Source of the DNA: an uncultured Porphyromonadaceae bacterium
GTDB taxonomy: Bacteria; Bacteroidota; Bacteroidia; Bacteroidales; Muribaculaceae
Assembly (NCBI GenBank): GCA_947174915.1
Contig: CAMWKV010000001.1
Span: 408-64,407 of the forward strand
DNA length: 64,000 nucleotides
Direction of reading: 5' to 3'
The notes beneath the pieces are model-generated. The model was not told where the DNA came from, searched no databases, and saw nothing but the letters and a program-made list of their open reading frames with translations. Below are positions 35,376-44,680 of this stretch, one piece after another. Every line of letters starts with the position of its first letter. Position 1 is the stretch's first letter. A program made the translations under genes and the position numbers.

Positions 35376-37124
35376 TTATTTATTGCCGTAAACAGCAAGG
35401 TTCTTGATTTCCCAGGTGTCGGCACCTGCGGAGGAGGATTTGTAGAGGAACGCTATCTGCACCTTCTTGCCGTCGAAGGCAGCGATGTCGACGTTGCCGG
35501 ACTCGGCGAAGGTCCATGAGCCGGCTTCGGGCCATACGGGGATGGTGAGCTTGGTCCATGCTGTAGCGCCTTCTTCGCGTATGCACACGCCGCAGAGGTC
35601 GCGGAGGGTGGTCTGGAACTTGGCGGCGTGGGCGAAGGTGAAGTAGCAACCGGTAACGCCGGTGAGGTCGATGACGGGCGATACGGTGTAGGCTTCAGTG
35701 GTAAGGGCGGTGTTGTTGACGAAGGCGCTGCCGTTGAGGTAGTGCTTGCCGTTATATTCCTTCCACTGCCATACATACTCTGCTCCACCGAGCTCTACGT
35801 TCTCGATGGTCCAACCGGTGGTGAGAGCTGCTTCATCCTCGCCGAGGGCGCTGTAGAGGCTGCCTTCAACAGGAGCGGGCTCGGAGCCCTGGCCGCCTTC
35901 GCCGTTGTAGGTCACGATATGGCTGCCGGTGGTGAACTGGGGTGTGTTGCCCATATAGTTGACGAGGGTACCGGACACTACTACCTTGGCACCTACGGTG
36001 AGCTGGTCGGCGGAGGTGAACTTGTCGCCGTTGAGCCAGTAGCCGCGGTAAACGCCGAGAGTGGCGCCGCCTGTAGCGTCGGCGATAGCGTAGGTAGCGT
36101 TGCCGAAGTCGGTGCTGATGTCAGAGATGGAGGTGATGATACCTTCAACGTAGGCAGCCTGCTGGTCGGAGGAGCTCATGGCGGTGGTGACCTGGAGAGC
36201 CTTGGCTACGTTGTAGGGGCTGGCGGCTGTACCGTCGCCGGCGGGTTCTACTTCGGGTGTGGGCTCGGGAGCTTCGCCGTCGAAACCGATGCAGGATGTA
36301 GTGTCGATGAGGAGGAGCTGCCAGTCGTTGTTGAAGTAGCTCAGGATACCCACCACGGTACCTGTGCCGTAGGGCAGGAGCTCCTCGGAGAAGTCAGCAT
36401 AGGAACTGTTGCGTACCACGAGGCGGTTGCCGTCGGCGTCCATGATGTAGCGGTTGGTGGTCTGCGCACCGGCGTAGGGCTGGCCCGCTTCTACCCACGA
36501 TACATTCTCGAACTTGACAAGACGGCTCTGCCACAGGAGCTTGGCGGCGTTGTCGGAGTTGGCGGCCACTACCTCGGGGATTGTGGCAAGGGTGGTGTCG
36601 ACCTTGGCGGGCTCGGGGAGAGCGCTGCCGTTGCGCACTACATGAGCGACGAAGTCAGACTCATCCATGAATGTCATCTGGGTGCCGCTGATGGCGCCGA
36701 ACTGGAGCAGATTGGCGTAGCCGCCGATGTTGAGGCCCGTGGCAAATACTGCTACTTCCTGACCGAAGGGGAAGAGCTCGTAGATGTCGTAGCGGTTGAC
36801 GGAGAAGGTCATTGCCACCTGCTCGCCGGCCTCGTTCTTGCCTTGTATTACAATATTCTTATATATATTGCCGGAGGCGTCGGAGGAGCATACGCGGCCG
36901 GTGAAGATGATGCTGTCGCCGTCCTCGTTGAATCCTATCTGCTGAGGACCTGTGGTGAGGCTGTTCCATGCCACGTTCTTGAAGTCGGAGAGAGTGGTAG
37001 AGCTCTCGACATTGGTGACGGGAGGGAGAATCACCGGGGGATGAGTGAAATTGTCCTCGCAGCCCGAGATTAAGGCCGATGCTGCCAGAGCGGCAGCGCA
37101 TATGAATTTCGTTGCAGTTTTCAT
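35376..37124 (-). CDS. DUF5689-family surface lipoprotein with OB-fold and cleaved-adhesin-like C-terminal domain
   Basis: Lipobox ISG-C-EDN; GRVCSSDASGNIYKNIVIQ; QSRLVKFENV; OB-like YVEGIIT...VGAKVVVSGTLVNYMG; C-domain close to that of the downstream paralog. Confidence 0.75.
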   Translation of the reverse strand: MKTATKFICAAALAASALISGCEDNFTHPPVILPPVTNVESSTTLSDFKNVAWNSLTTGPQQIGFNEDGDSIIFTGRVCSSDASGNIYKNIVIQGKNEAGEQVAMTFSVNRYDIYELFPFGQEVAVFATGLNIGGYANLLQFGAISGTQMTFMDESDFVAHVVRNGSALPEPAKVDTTLATIPEVVAANSDNAAKLLWQSRLVKFENVSWVEAGQPYAGAQTTNRYIMDADGNRLVVRNSSYADFSEELLPYGTGTVVGILSYFNNDWQLLLIDTTSCIGFDGEAPEPTPEVEPAGDGTAASPYNVAKALQVTTAMSSSDQQAAYVEGIITSISDISTDFGNATYAIADATGGATLGVYRGYWLNGDKFTSADQLTVGAKVVVSGTLVNYMGNTPQFTTGSHIVTYNGEGGQGSEPAPVEGSLYSALGEDEAALTTGWTIENVELGGAEYVWQWKEYNGKHYLNGSAFVNNTALTTEAYTVSPVIDLTGVTGCYFTFAHAAKFQTTLRDLCGVCIREEGATAWTKLTIPVWPEAGSWTFAESGNVDIAAFDGKKVQIAFLYKSSSAGADTWEIKNLAVYGNK

Positions 37125-37142
37125 AGTGTGATAATCTGGGGA

Positions 37143-39911
37143 TTAGAAGCGGACACCGACATTGAAGTACACGCGTATACCCTGTGCGTAGTTGTAACGG
37201 TTGGGGTACTTGAGGCGGTCGAATTCCTTGGTATCGAGTCGACCCTGCTGGTAGGCGTATGTGACGATATCCTTATTGTTGAGGATGTTGTTGACGTTGA
37301 GGTTCAGGTTGAGGCTCACGTTACGGTTGATGTAGATGAGCTTGCCGATAGAAGCATTGAGGGTGAATGCGTTCTTGAGCTTGTCCTGAGTGGAGAGCTC
37401 GGCCACCTTCGCTGCAAGTTCTTCCTCAGAGTAGCCGGGATAGTTCTCCCACAGCGTGGGGAGAGCTTCATGGTAGCGGGGAGCGAGGTTCACGTATGCG
37501 TCGCCCTGCCATGTGGCGTTGACGTTGAAGAACCACTGCTTGGGAGCAGCCCAGTCGATACCGATGTTTGCGGCATACTGGGGGGTGGAGCCCACATAGT
37601 AGTTCTTGAGGTAGACGGTGGTGGTGGAATCGGGGTACATACCGTTCTCTACGGTGTATGTGCCCTTAGGATTGTTCTTGTACTGGAAACGGGAGTACAT
37701 ACCGGCAAAGGTGGCTGTCACGCTGGGTGTAATCTTGTAGGCCATGCCGAGTTCTACGCCTTTGTAGACGCGGCGCACGCCGGAGAGAATGTAGTTGATG
37801 GAGGTTTGGTACTCTTCGTCATAGAACATTGAGCGCTCGATGGCGTTGTCGACGTCGGTGTAGAAGCCGGTCACCGAACCGCGGAAACGGCGATAGTTCC
37901 AGATATAGGAGAGGTCGCCGGCGAAGTCGCGTTCGTTCTCAACACCTGCCACTACGGCGTTGCTGATGCGGGGCGAGAGGAACACCTGGTCGAAAAGAGG
38001 TGCACGGGTGCCGTATTCGGCATGAACGGCGAACTGGTTGTGGCCGTCAAGCTTGTAGATGGCGCCGAGCTTGAGGTTGGCGTTGTCGAAGCGAAGGGTC
38101 TCGCTCTTGCCCAAAGAGTTCTCGGGAGCGCGGCCGTTGCGCATCTTACCGTCGCGGTCGTACTGGGTGTAGCTCAGCTGGAGACCGTAGTTGATATCCC
38201 ACTTGGGCAGGTTGATAACATTCTGGAGCCATGCTTCGGCACGGATGGCGTTGATGTCGTAGTCATATCCGAATCGCTCGCCCTTGGCTACATGACGGTT
38301 GGGGTTGTCGAGGTCGTTCTGAAGCTTTTCGGGAGCGAGGGCTATGGTGCGGTCGCTGAAGGGGTCGATATCGAGCCAGAATTCGCCGCCCATGAGGTCG
38401 CGGACGGTCTTGTAGTTGCTGCTGCGGGTATAGTTGAACGACACACCACCCTGGAGTGACAGCCACGGGTTCAGACGGGTGTTCACATAGGAGTTGAACA
38501 TCAGGTTGATCTGGTGGTTGATGCGGTTCTCCATGATGTAGGACGAGCCCTTCTTCTGGTCGGAGGGAAGTTCCTCATTCTGGATGTTGTTGAGGTAGTT
38601 GATCTGGTACATATCGTCCCACTTGATCTGACGGAATGCCTCGTCGGTCTCCCAGAGCTCACGGTAGAGCTCGGCGCCTTCGGGGTCGTCGCGACCCTCG
38701 AAATATGAGGGAAGGTACTTATAGTAAGCGGGATTCGGGTCGGTGGCTTTGTAGTAGTTGAGGGCGGTACGGTTGTAGTACATCGAGCGGAAAGCCGCGG
38801 CAGTGTTCACGATGGTATTGTCCTTCTTGAAGATCCAGCTGAGGATTGCAGTGGGGTCAAAAGTCTCGGTGATGCGGCTTGAGCGCTTCTTACCTTCCTG
38901 GTAGCCCCAGTCGGGGTTGTAGAGGTTGGAGCCGGCGAGGTCGTAGGCTTCCTGAGTGACGGCACGGCCGGTGGCACGCTGTGTGGGGCCGCCGAAAGCT
39001 GTAAGAGTGAGCGAGTTGGCGTCATTGAGCTTCTTCTCGATGGAGAGGAAGAGACCGCCGGAGTTGTAGAAAGTACCCTTCATGACACCTTCCTTGGCAT
39101 ATCGTCCGATGGCGCTGACAGTGAAAGCCCAGCCCTGACGGTTCAGACCGGAGGCGTAGGTAGCCATCGCACGGAGCATATAGTTGGAGTTGGTGTAGGC
39201 CACGGAGCCGTTGAAGCCGGGGGCGTAGAGGTCGGTGGTGGTGTTGTAGTTCACGCTGCCGCCGATATCGCCGAAGGCATAGTTGCTGGCGTCAAGACCG
39301 ATAGTGGTGGTCTTGTTGCGGAATGCTCGGCTGGTCATGCCCAGAAGGTTCGAGAAGGAGAACGAACCGCGCACGAGGTCGTTCATGCGGATACCGTTGA
39401 TGTACACGCTCTGGTATTGATTGTCCAGGCCGCGGTAGCGGAAGTACATTGGGCCGAAGTTGTAGGAGGCCGTGTTGTAGTAGATGTTGTCGTTGGCACC
39501 GGTGAGGGCAGCTACGGACTGAGAAGTGCCTTCATCGTTCTCGAGGGCTGTCTCATCGAAGATAATGTCCTGTGTGTCACCGTAGTAGTCGAGACCTACG
39601 TTGGCGGGAGCAAGACGAATCTCGCCGGCATTGACGGTGGCACCGGCTACGCGGATGTCCATGGCATAGCTCTCGAAGCCATCGCATACCACTACCAGGA
39701 CATCATCGCTGCCATCGGGAGCATCGATGCGGAACTGGCCGTTGAAATTAGTTAATACCTGGGAGTCCTGGCCGCGGAGTAGTACTGAGGCACCACTCAC
39801 GGGGCTGCCCGTGTTGCCGTTGACGACAACGCCGAGCACTGTCGAGGCCGCCGCTCCGAAAGCCGGTAACAGCGCCAGCAGGCACAGCAAAATGTACTGT
39901 CGTGATTTCAT
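37143..39911 (-). CDS. TonB-dependent-receptor-like outer-membrane beta-barrel (non-SusC) with N-terminal carboxypeptidase-regulatory-like domain
   Basis: Signal peptide; GVVVNGNTGSPVSGASV...TNFNGQF N-domain; plug-like YRGLDN...YINGIRMN; many amphipathic strands; C-terminal YFNVGVRF. Confidence 0.8.
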   Translation of the reverse strand: MKSRQYILLCLLALLPAFGAAASTVLGVVVNGNTGSPVSGASVLLRGQDSQVLTNFNGQFRIDAPDGSDDVLVVVCDGFESYAMDIRVAGATVNAGEIRLAPANVGLDYYGDTQDIIFDETALENDEGTSQSVAALTGANDNIYYNTASYNFGPMYFRYRGLDNQYQSVYINGIRMNDLVRGSFSFSNLLGMTSRAFRNKTTTIGLDASNYAFGDIGGSVNYNTTTDLYAPGFNGSVAYTNSNYMLRAMATYASGLNRQGWAFTVSAIGRYAKEGVMKGTFYNSGGLFLSIEKKLNDANSLTLTAFGGPTQRATGRAVTQEAYDLAGSNLYNPDWGYQEGKKRSSRITETFDPTAILSWIFKKDNTIVNTAAAFRSMYYNRTALNYYKATDPNPAYYKYLPSYFEGRDDPEGAELYRELWETDEAFRQIKWDDMYQINYLNNIQNEELPSDQKKGSSYIMENRINHQINLMFNSYVNTRLNPWLSLQGGVSFNYTRSSNYKTVRDLMGGEFWLDIDPFSDRTIALAPEKLQNDLDNPNRHVAKGERFGYDYDINAIRAEAWLQNVINLPKWDINYGLQLSYTQYDRDGKMRNGRAPENSLGKSETLRFDNANLKLGAIYKLDGHNQFAVHAEYGTRAPLFDQVFLSPRISNAVVAGVENERDFAGDLSYIWNYRRFRGSVTGFYTDVDNAIERSMFYDEEYQTSINYILSGVRRVYKGVELGMAYKITPSVTATFAGMYSRFQYKNNPKGTYTVENGMYPDSTTTVYLKNYYVGSTPQYAANIGIDWAAPKQWFFNVNATWQGDAYVNLAPRYHEALPTLWENYPGYSEEELAAKVAELSTQDKLKNAFTLNASIGKLIYINRNVSLNLNLNVNNILNNKDIVTYAYQQGRLDTKEFDRLKYPNRYNYAQGIRVYFNVGVRF

Positions 39912-39961
39912 CTGTGGAGGTTTATTATTTTGGATTTTTCGTTTTTTTCGGGATTAACCGT

Positions 39962-39969
39962 CAAAATTA
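39962..39969 (-). promoter_or_regulatory. Bacteroidota -7 promoter element for the receptor operon
   Basis: TAATTTTG on the minus strand, 50 bp upstream of the ATG at 39911. Confidence 0.5.
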
Positions 39970-40112
39970 ATGAAAATATTCCAAACGATGCAAATCCACA
40001 GACCTTTTTCGTTGAAATTTAATACTCCGCAGGCGAATTTTTAACACTTACCCCACGGCAACTCTCGCGCTACCGCAGAGGGAAGCGTCGCGAGGGAAGC
40101 CCGGGGCGTCAG

Positions 40113-40177
40113 CACTCGGCGAGGAGCATCACTCGGCGAGGAGCATCACTCGGCAAGGAGCGTCACTCGGCGAGGAG
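40113..40177. repeat. 17-bp tandem repeat (about 3.8 copies) spanning the fprA stop codon
   Basis: CACTCGGCGAGGAGCAT x2, CACTCGGCAAGGAGCGT, then CACTCGGCGAGGAG. Confidence 0.85.
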
Positions 40178-41338
40178 GGCGGCGGCGAGGGTACGGAGAG
40201 TGGCGGTGTCGGCGTCGGTCATGGCGCTGTGGAGTGTCACCGCGGGCTCTACGACTTTCATGTCGGTCATTGTCACCAGTTTATCGGCCATCTTGCGTGC
40301 CGCTACGGGTGCCCACGAACCGTTCTCCACCAAGCCTACTGTGCGTCCGCGCAGATTGCGGTGTGCTATATGGTCCAGGAAAACAGCCATCGGAGCGAAG
40401 ACAGTCGCGTCGACGGTGGCGGCACAGAGTGCCATACGCGACAGGCGGAAGGCTTCGCTCACGGCATACGACACATCGTGGCGGCAGAGGTCGAGGAGCA
40501 CCACATTCTCGCAACCCAGGCTCTCGAGGGTGGAAGCGAGATAGCGCGCAGCTGTCGCGGTGTGGCCGTAGATGGACGCATAGGCCACAAGTACTCCGTC
40601 CTCCTCGGGTTCGTAGCGGCTCCACTTGTCATAGAGGCCGAGCGGATAGGCCAAATTGCCGGAGAGGACAGGACCGTGAAGCGGCGCTATTATATTGATG
40701 TCAAGCCCTTTGATCTTGCCGAGCACTTTCTGCACGCTTACGCCGTAGCGACCTACGATATTGGTGTAGTAGCGTCGTGCCTCGACTGCCCAAGCCTCGG
40801 AGGTGGCGCCAGGCGATGAGGTCATAGCGAAACTACCGAAGGCGTCTGCTGAGAAGAGTACGCCGTCGCGACTCTCGTGGGTGACGATAACTTCGGGCCA
40901 GTGTACCATGGGGGCGGCGTAGAATGTGAGTACGGTGCCTCCGAGGTCGAGGGTACTACCCTCACTCACCTTCATCACACGGTCGTGGTAGCGGAAAGAA
41001 GGGAAAAATTCGCCGAGCATCTTGGCGCCTATAGCGCTGATTACCACTGTAGTATCAGGATAGATATCCATGAAGGCCTCGAGGGAGGCTGAGTGGTCAG
41101 GCTCCATGTGCTGGACGATGATATAGTCCGGCTTGCGATCGGCGAGGACAACGCGGAGCGACGACAGCCAGTCCTGACAACGGCGGATGTCGACAGAATC
41201 CACGACGGCGATTTTATCGCCCTTCACTATATATGAATTGTACGAAATACCTTGAGTGAGCGGATATTGACCCTCGAAGAGGTCGATATCATCGTCCTGT
41301 GCGCCCACATACGTGATATGGTCAGATATGGCGAACAT
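40163..41338 (-). CDS. fprA: Flavodiiron protein (FprA/A-type flavoprotein)
   Basis: QHMEPDHS, HWPE, FSADAFGSF, APLHGPV diiron motifs; flavodoxin domain AYASIYGHT...ENGSWAP. Confidence 0.92.
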   Translation of the reverse strand: MFAISDHITYVGAQDDDIDLFEGQYPLTQGISYNSYIVKGDKIAVVDSVDIRRCQDWLSSLRVVLADRKPDYIIVQHMEPDHSASLEAFMDIYPDTTVVISAIGAKMLGEFFPSFRYHDRVMKVSEGSTLDLGGTVLTFYAAPMVHWPEVIVTHESRDGVLFSADAFGSFAMTSSPGATSEAWAVEARRYYTNIVGRYGVSVQKVLGKIKGLDINIIAPLHGPVLSGNLAYPLGLYDKWSRYEPEEDGVLVAYASIYGHTATAARYLASTLESLGCENVVLLDLCRHDVSYAVSEAFRLSRMALCAATVDATVFAPMAVFLDHIAHRNLRGRTVGLVENGSWAPVAARKMADKLVTMTDMKVVEPAVTLHSAMTDADTATLRTLAAALLAE

Positions 41339-41380
41339 TTTATCTCTGATTTTCCGATTATATTGCTGATACGTCTACTG

Positions 41381-42964
41381 TTACTTTTCGCTGTATGCTG
41401 CGGCTATTGCACGGGCTGACATTATGCCATCGATGGCAGCCGACACTATGCCGCCGGCGTATCCCGCACCCTCGCCTACGGGATAGAGTCCCGGCAAGTC
41501 AATATGTGCCAGTGTCTCTGTGCTGCGCGGTATGCGGACAGGGGCCGAGGTACGCGTCTCATCGCCCACCAAGACGGCCTCGGAGGTGAGGAAGCCGCGC
41601 TGCTTGGAGTCGAACACCTTGAAGGCTTCGCGGAGGCGGCGCGACACCGGAGGGGGGAGAAGTTTGTCGACGCGCTCGCTGCGCAGACCCGGAGGATAGG
41701 ACGAGCGGGGCAGGTCGGCCGACTGTCGGCCGGCTACAAAGTCGGTCATGCGCTGCGCGGGAGCCTGCTGGGTACCCTCGGCAGCCTCGAAGAATCGCTG
41801 TTCGATAGCCTCCTGGAAGCGCATCATCTTGAGGACATCCTCGCCACCATCCTGCTGCTCCTCGTCGGGGATATCGTCGGGGAGGATTTCAACAACCATG
41901 GCTGAATTGGCCCAGCGCGTGCCGCGGTTGGCCGGCGACATACCGTTGACCACGAGCTGTCCCGGCGCACTGGCAGCGGGGATGATGTAACCGCCGGGGC
42001 ACATGCAGAAAGAGTACACAGCCCGGTCGTCGACACGGGTGAGCATACTGTACTCTGCCGCCGGCAGATATTTGCCTCGACCTTGCGGCGAGTGATACTG
42101 AAGCTGATCTATGAGAGCCTGCGGATGTTCAAGACGCACGCCTACGGCTATGCCTTTGGGCTGAAGGGTGACGCCGTCGGTATGCAGGCGGCGGTAGACA
42201 TCGCGTGCGGAATGACCCGTAGCGAGTAGCACGGGGCCGTACCACCGGCGCCCTAAAGCATCGGCCACACCAGTCACGGCGCTATGGTCGGCATTGAAGA
42301 GCAGATGCTCTACGCGGGTGCCGAAGTGCACCTCGCCGCCGGAGGCGATGATGGTCTCACGCATGGCTTTGATTACCTTGGGCAGACGGTCGGTGCCGAT
42401 ATGCGGATGGGCATCTACGAGGATATCGTGCTGAGCGCCATGCTGATGGAAGATGCGAAGCACTTTCTCGACGGGGCCGCGTTTGCGCGAGCGGGTGTAG
42501 AGTTTGCCGTCGGAGTAGGCTCCTGCGCCACCTTCGCCGAAGCAGTAGTTCGAGTCGGGATTGACGATGCCCTCGCGGTTGATGGCCACCATATCGGCAC
42601 GACGGCTGTCGACGTCCTTGCCGCGCTCGAGCACCACGGGACGCAGACCGAGCTCTATGAGTTCGAGGGCGGCGAAAAGTCCGGCAGGCCCGGCTCCCAC
42701 CACAATCACCTGCGGTGCACCGTGCACATCGGGGTATTCGACGGGAACGAAGGCATTCGCCTGCTCGTCGACCTCATCCACATGGACAGCCACGGAGAGG
42801 TTGACAGCCACGCGCCGCTGACGGGCGTCGATGGAACGGCGGAGGATATCCGTCTTCACAATGCGTGCCTGAGCGATGCCGAGGCGTCGCGCACACTCGC
42901 GGGCGAGGAGCGCCGGGGTATAGGCCGTAGCCGGGTCGACGCGAAGTTCTATGGCCTGTGTCAT
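41381..42964 (-). CDS. FAD-dependent oxidoreductase (uncharacterised COG2509-like)
   Basis: VVGAGPAGLFAA, FGEGGAGAYSDGKL, HPHIGTD, YSFCMCPGG, ETRTSAPVRI, GEGAGYAGGIVSAAIDG. Confidence 0.88.
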   Translation of the reverse strand: MTQAIELRVDPATAYTPALLARECARRLGIAQARIVKTDILRRSIDARQRRVAVNLSVAVHVDEVDEQANAFVPVEYPDVHGAPQVIVVGAGPAGLFAALELIELGLRPVVLERGKDVDSRRADMVAINREGIVNPDSNYCFGEGGAGAYSDGKLYTRSRKRGPVEKVLRIFHQHGAQHDILVDAHPHIGTDRLPKVIKAMRETIIASGGEVHFGTRVEHLLFNADHSAVTGVADALGRRWYGPVLLATGHSARDVYRRLHTDGVTLQPKGIAVGVRLEHPQALIDQLQYHSPQGRGKYLPAAEYSMLTRVDDRAVYSFCMCPGGYIIPAASAPGQLVVNGMSPANRGTRWANSAMVVEILPDDIPDEEQQDGGEDVLKMMRFQEAIEQRFFEAAEGTQQAPAQRMTDFVAGRQSADLPRSSYPPGLRSERVDKLLPPPVSRRLREAFKVFDSKQRGFLTSEAVLVGDETRTSAPVRIPRSTETLAHIDLPGLYPVGEGAGYAGGIVSAAIDGIMSARAIAAAYSEK

Positions 42965-42971
42965 GGGAGGG

Positions 42972-44369
42972 TCAGGAATGTTTGGCAGTGAGCGACTTGC
43001 TCAGACGGCGGTTCATTATCAGCACGGTAGCCAGGGCGAGAGTGAAGGCGATGAAGTCGCTCGTACACATGGATGTCCACACGCCGTCGACACCGTAGCG
43101 CTTGGGGAGTATGAGCAGCAGTGGCACAAGGAAGATAAGCTGGCGCGTAAGCGACAGGAAGATAGACAGTTGTGGCTTGCCGATAGACTGGAAATAATTC
43201 TGAATCACTATCTGGGCGCCCACCAGAGGATAGAACATGAAGAAGATACGGAAGCCGTCGCGGGCGATGGCTATCATGCCTTCGTCAATTGTGAAAAGTC
43301 GGCTGATAGTGTCCGGGAGCACCTCCGTGAGGATGAAACCTACCGTAGCCACACCCGTGGCGAGCCATATGCCGCGCATGAGGGTGGCCTTGACACGCAG
43401 CCAGTTGCCGGCGCCGAAGTTATAGCCAAGGATAGGCTGCATACCCTGGGTGATGCCGAATATTATCATCACGAAGAACATTGACGTGCGGTTAATGATG
43501 CCGTAAGCTCCCACGGCGAGGTTGCCGTCGGCGCCGGCGCTGTCAAGCAGAGCCTTATTGATGAATACCACCACCAGACAGGCACAGCAGTTCATCAGGA
43601 AGGGCGAGAGACCGATGGCGTATATCTTACGTATCAGGCGCCACGACAGGCGCCAGCCGTGGCGGGTGAAGCGGATGGAACTCTTGCGCGAGCAGAAGTG
43701 GAACAGCACCCAGACGAAAGCCACCGACTGACCGCAGACTGTAGCCGAGGCAGCGCCGGCTATACCCCAGTCGAGTACGAAGATGAAGATGGGGGCAGCG
43801 ATGACGTTGACAAGCACCGAAAGCAGGGCCGACACCATGGCCTTGCGGGGATAGCCCGTAGCGCGCATGAGGTTGTTGAGACCGAGGAAGACATAAGTAA
43901 TGGGCGTGGCGGCCACTATTATATACATGAACTCACGCGCGTAGGAGATAGTCTCCGGCGTGGCACCGAAGAAGGTGAGGATTTCGTCGATAAAGGTGAG
44001 AGTAAGGCTCATTATCACCAAGGCGTGGATGATACAGAGGATGGTGACATTGCCGACGACGTCGGAGGCTTTGGCGGTGTCGCGCTGGCCGAGGAAGATG
44101 GACGATATTGTAGCGCCGCCAACGGCAACGAGCACACAGAATGCCACCACGAGGTTCATCAGCGGGAAGGTGATGGCGAGACCTGTGATAGCCATCGCTC
44201 CCACACCGCGACCGATGAACATACTGTCGACGATATTGTAGAGCGATGTGGCAAGACTGGCGATGATGGCCGGCAGGGAGTAACGCAGGAGCAATTCGCC
44301 TATGGTCTTCGTACCAAGGTCCGCAGTACTTGCTCCGGCATTAGTGGTCGTGGATGGTGTAGCGCTCAT
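42972..44369 (-). CDS. MATE-family efflux transporter
   Basis: YSLPAII, YNIVDSMFIGRGVG, about 12 TM segments, GITQGMQPILGYNFGAG. Confidence 0.92.
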   Translation of the reverse strand: MSATPSTTTNAGASTADLGTKTIGELLLRYSLPAIIASLATSLYNIVDSMFIGRGVGAMAITGLAITFPLMNLVVAFCVLVAVGGATISSIFLGQRDTAKASDVVGNVTILCIIHALVIMSLTLTFIDEILTFFGATPETISYAREFMYIIVAATPITYVFLGLNNLMRATGYPRKAMVSALLSVLVNVIAAPIFIFVLDWGIAGAASATVCGQSVAFVWVLFHFCSRKSSIRFTRHGWRLSWRLIRKIYAIGLSPFLMNCCACLVVVFINKALLDSAGADGNLAVGAYGIINRTSMFFVMIIFGITQGMQPILGYNFGAGNWLRVKATLMRGIWLATGVATVGFILTEVLPDTISRLFTIDEGMIAIARDGFRIFFMFYPLVGAQIVIQNYFQSIGKPQLSIFLSLTRQLIFLVPLLLILPKRYGVDGVWTSMCTSDFIAFTLALATVLIMNRRLSKSLTAKHS

Positions 44370-44463
44370 GAGGATAGATGTGTGTGTTCGGTTCGTTAGA
44401 AAGGCAGAGAAAGCCTTTAAATAAATTAAGCCGCTCGAAGTACTCGACCGGCTTAATCTGTAG

Positions 44464-44535
<72 letters not shown>

Positions 44536-44549
44536 ATGTTTTTGTACTG

Positions 44550-44557
44550 CAAAGTTA
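44550..44557 (-). promoter_or_regulatory. Bacteroidota -7 promoter element of tRNA-fMet
   Basis: TAACTTTG on the minus strand, 14 bp upstream of the tRNA 5' end. Confidence 0.6.
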
Positions 44558-44624
44558 GTATCTTTTTCCGAACTGCGCAAATCTTTAACCTCCATTAACC
44601 TTTCGCGCCATTCTGAATATATAC

Positions 44625-44662
44625 AACAATCGGGGGAGCTCCTGTGAGCCCTCCCGATTGTT
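44625..44662 (-). terminator. Terminator of the Omp28 operon
   Basis: AACAATCGGG...CCCGATTGTT hairpin, 18 bp beyond the stop at 44681. Confidence 0.7.
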
Positions 44663-44680
44663 ATTTGCGAATAGAGGGAA

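Noticed and set aside
40113-40177. Possible CRISPR array in the 17-bp repeats
   Set aside because: The repeats are contiguous with no unique spacers, are too short, and no cas genes are present.
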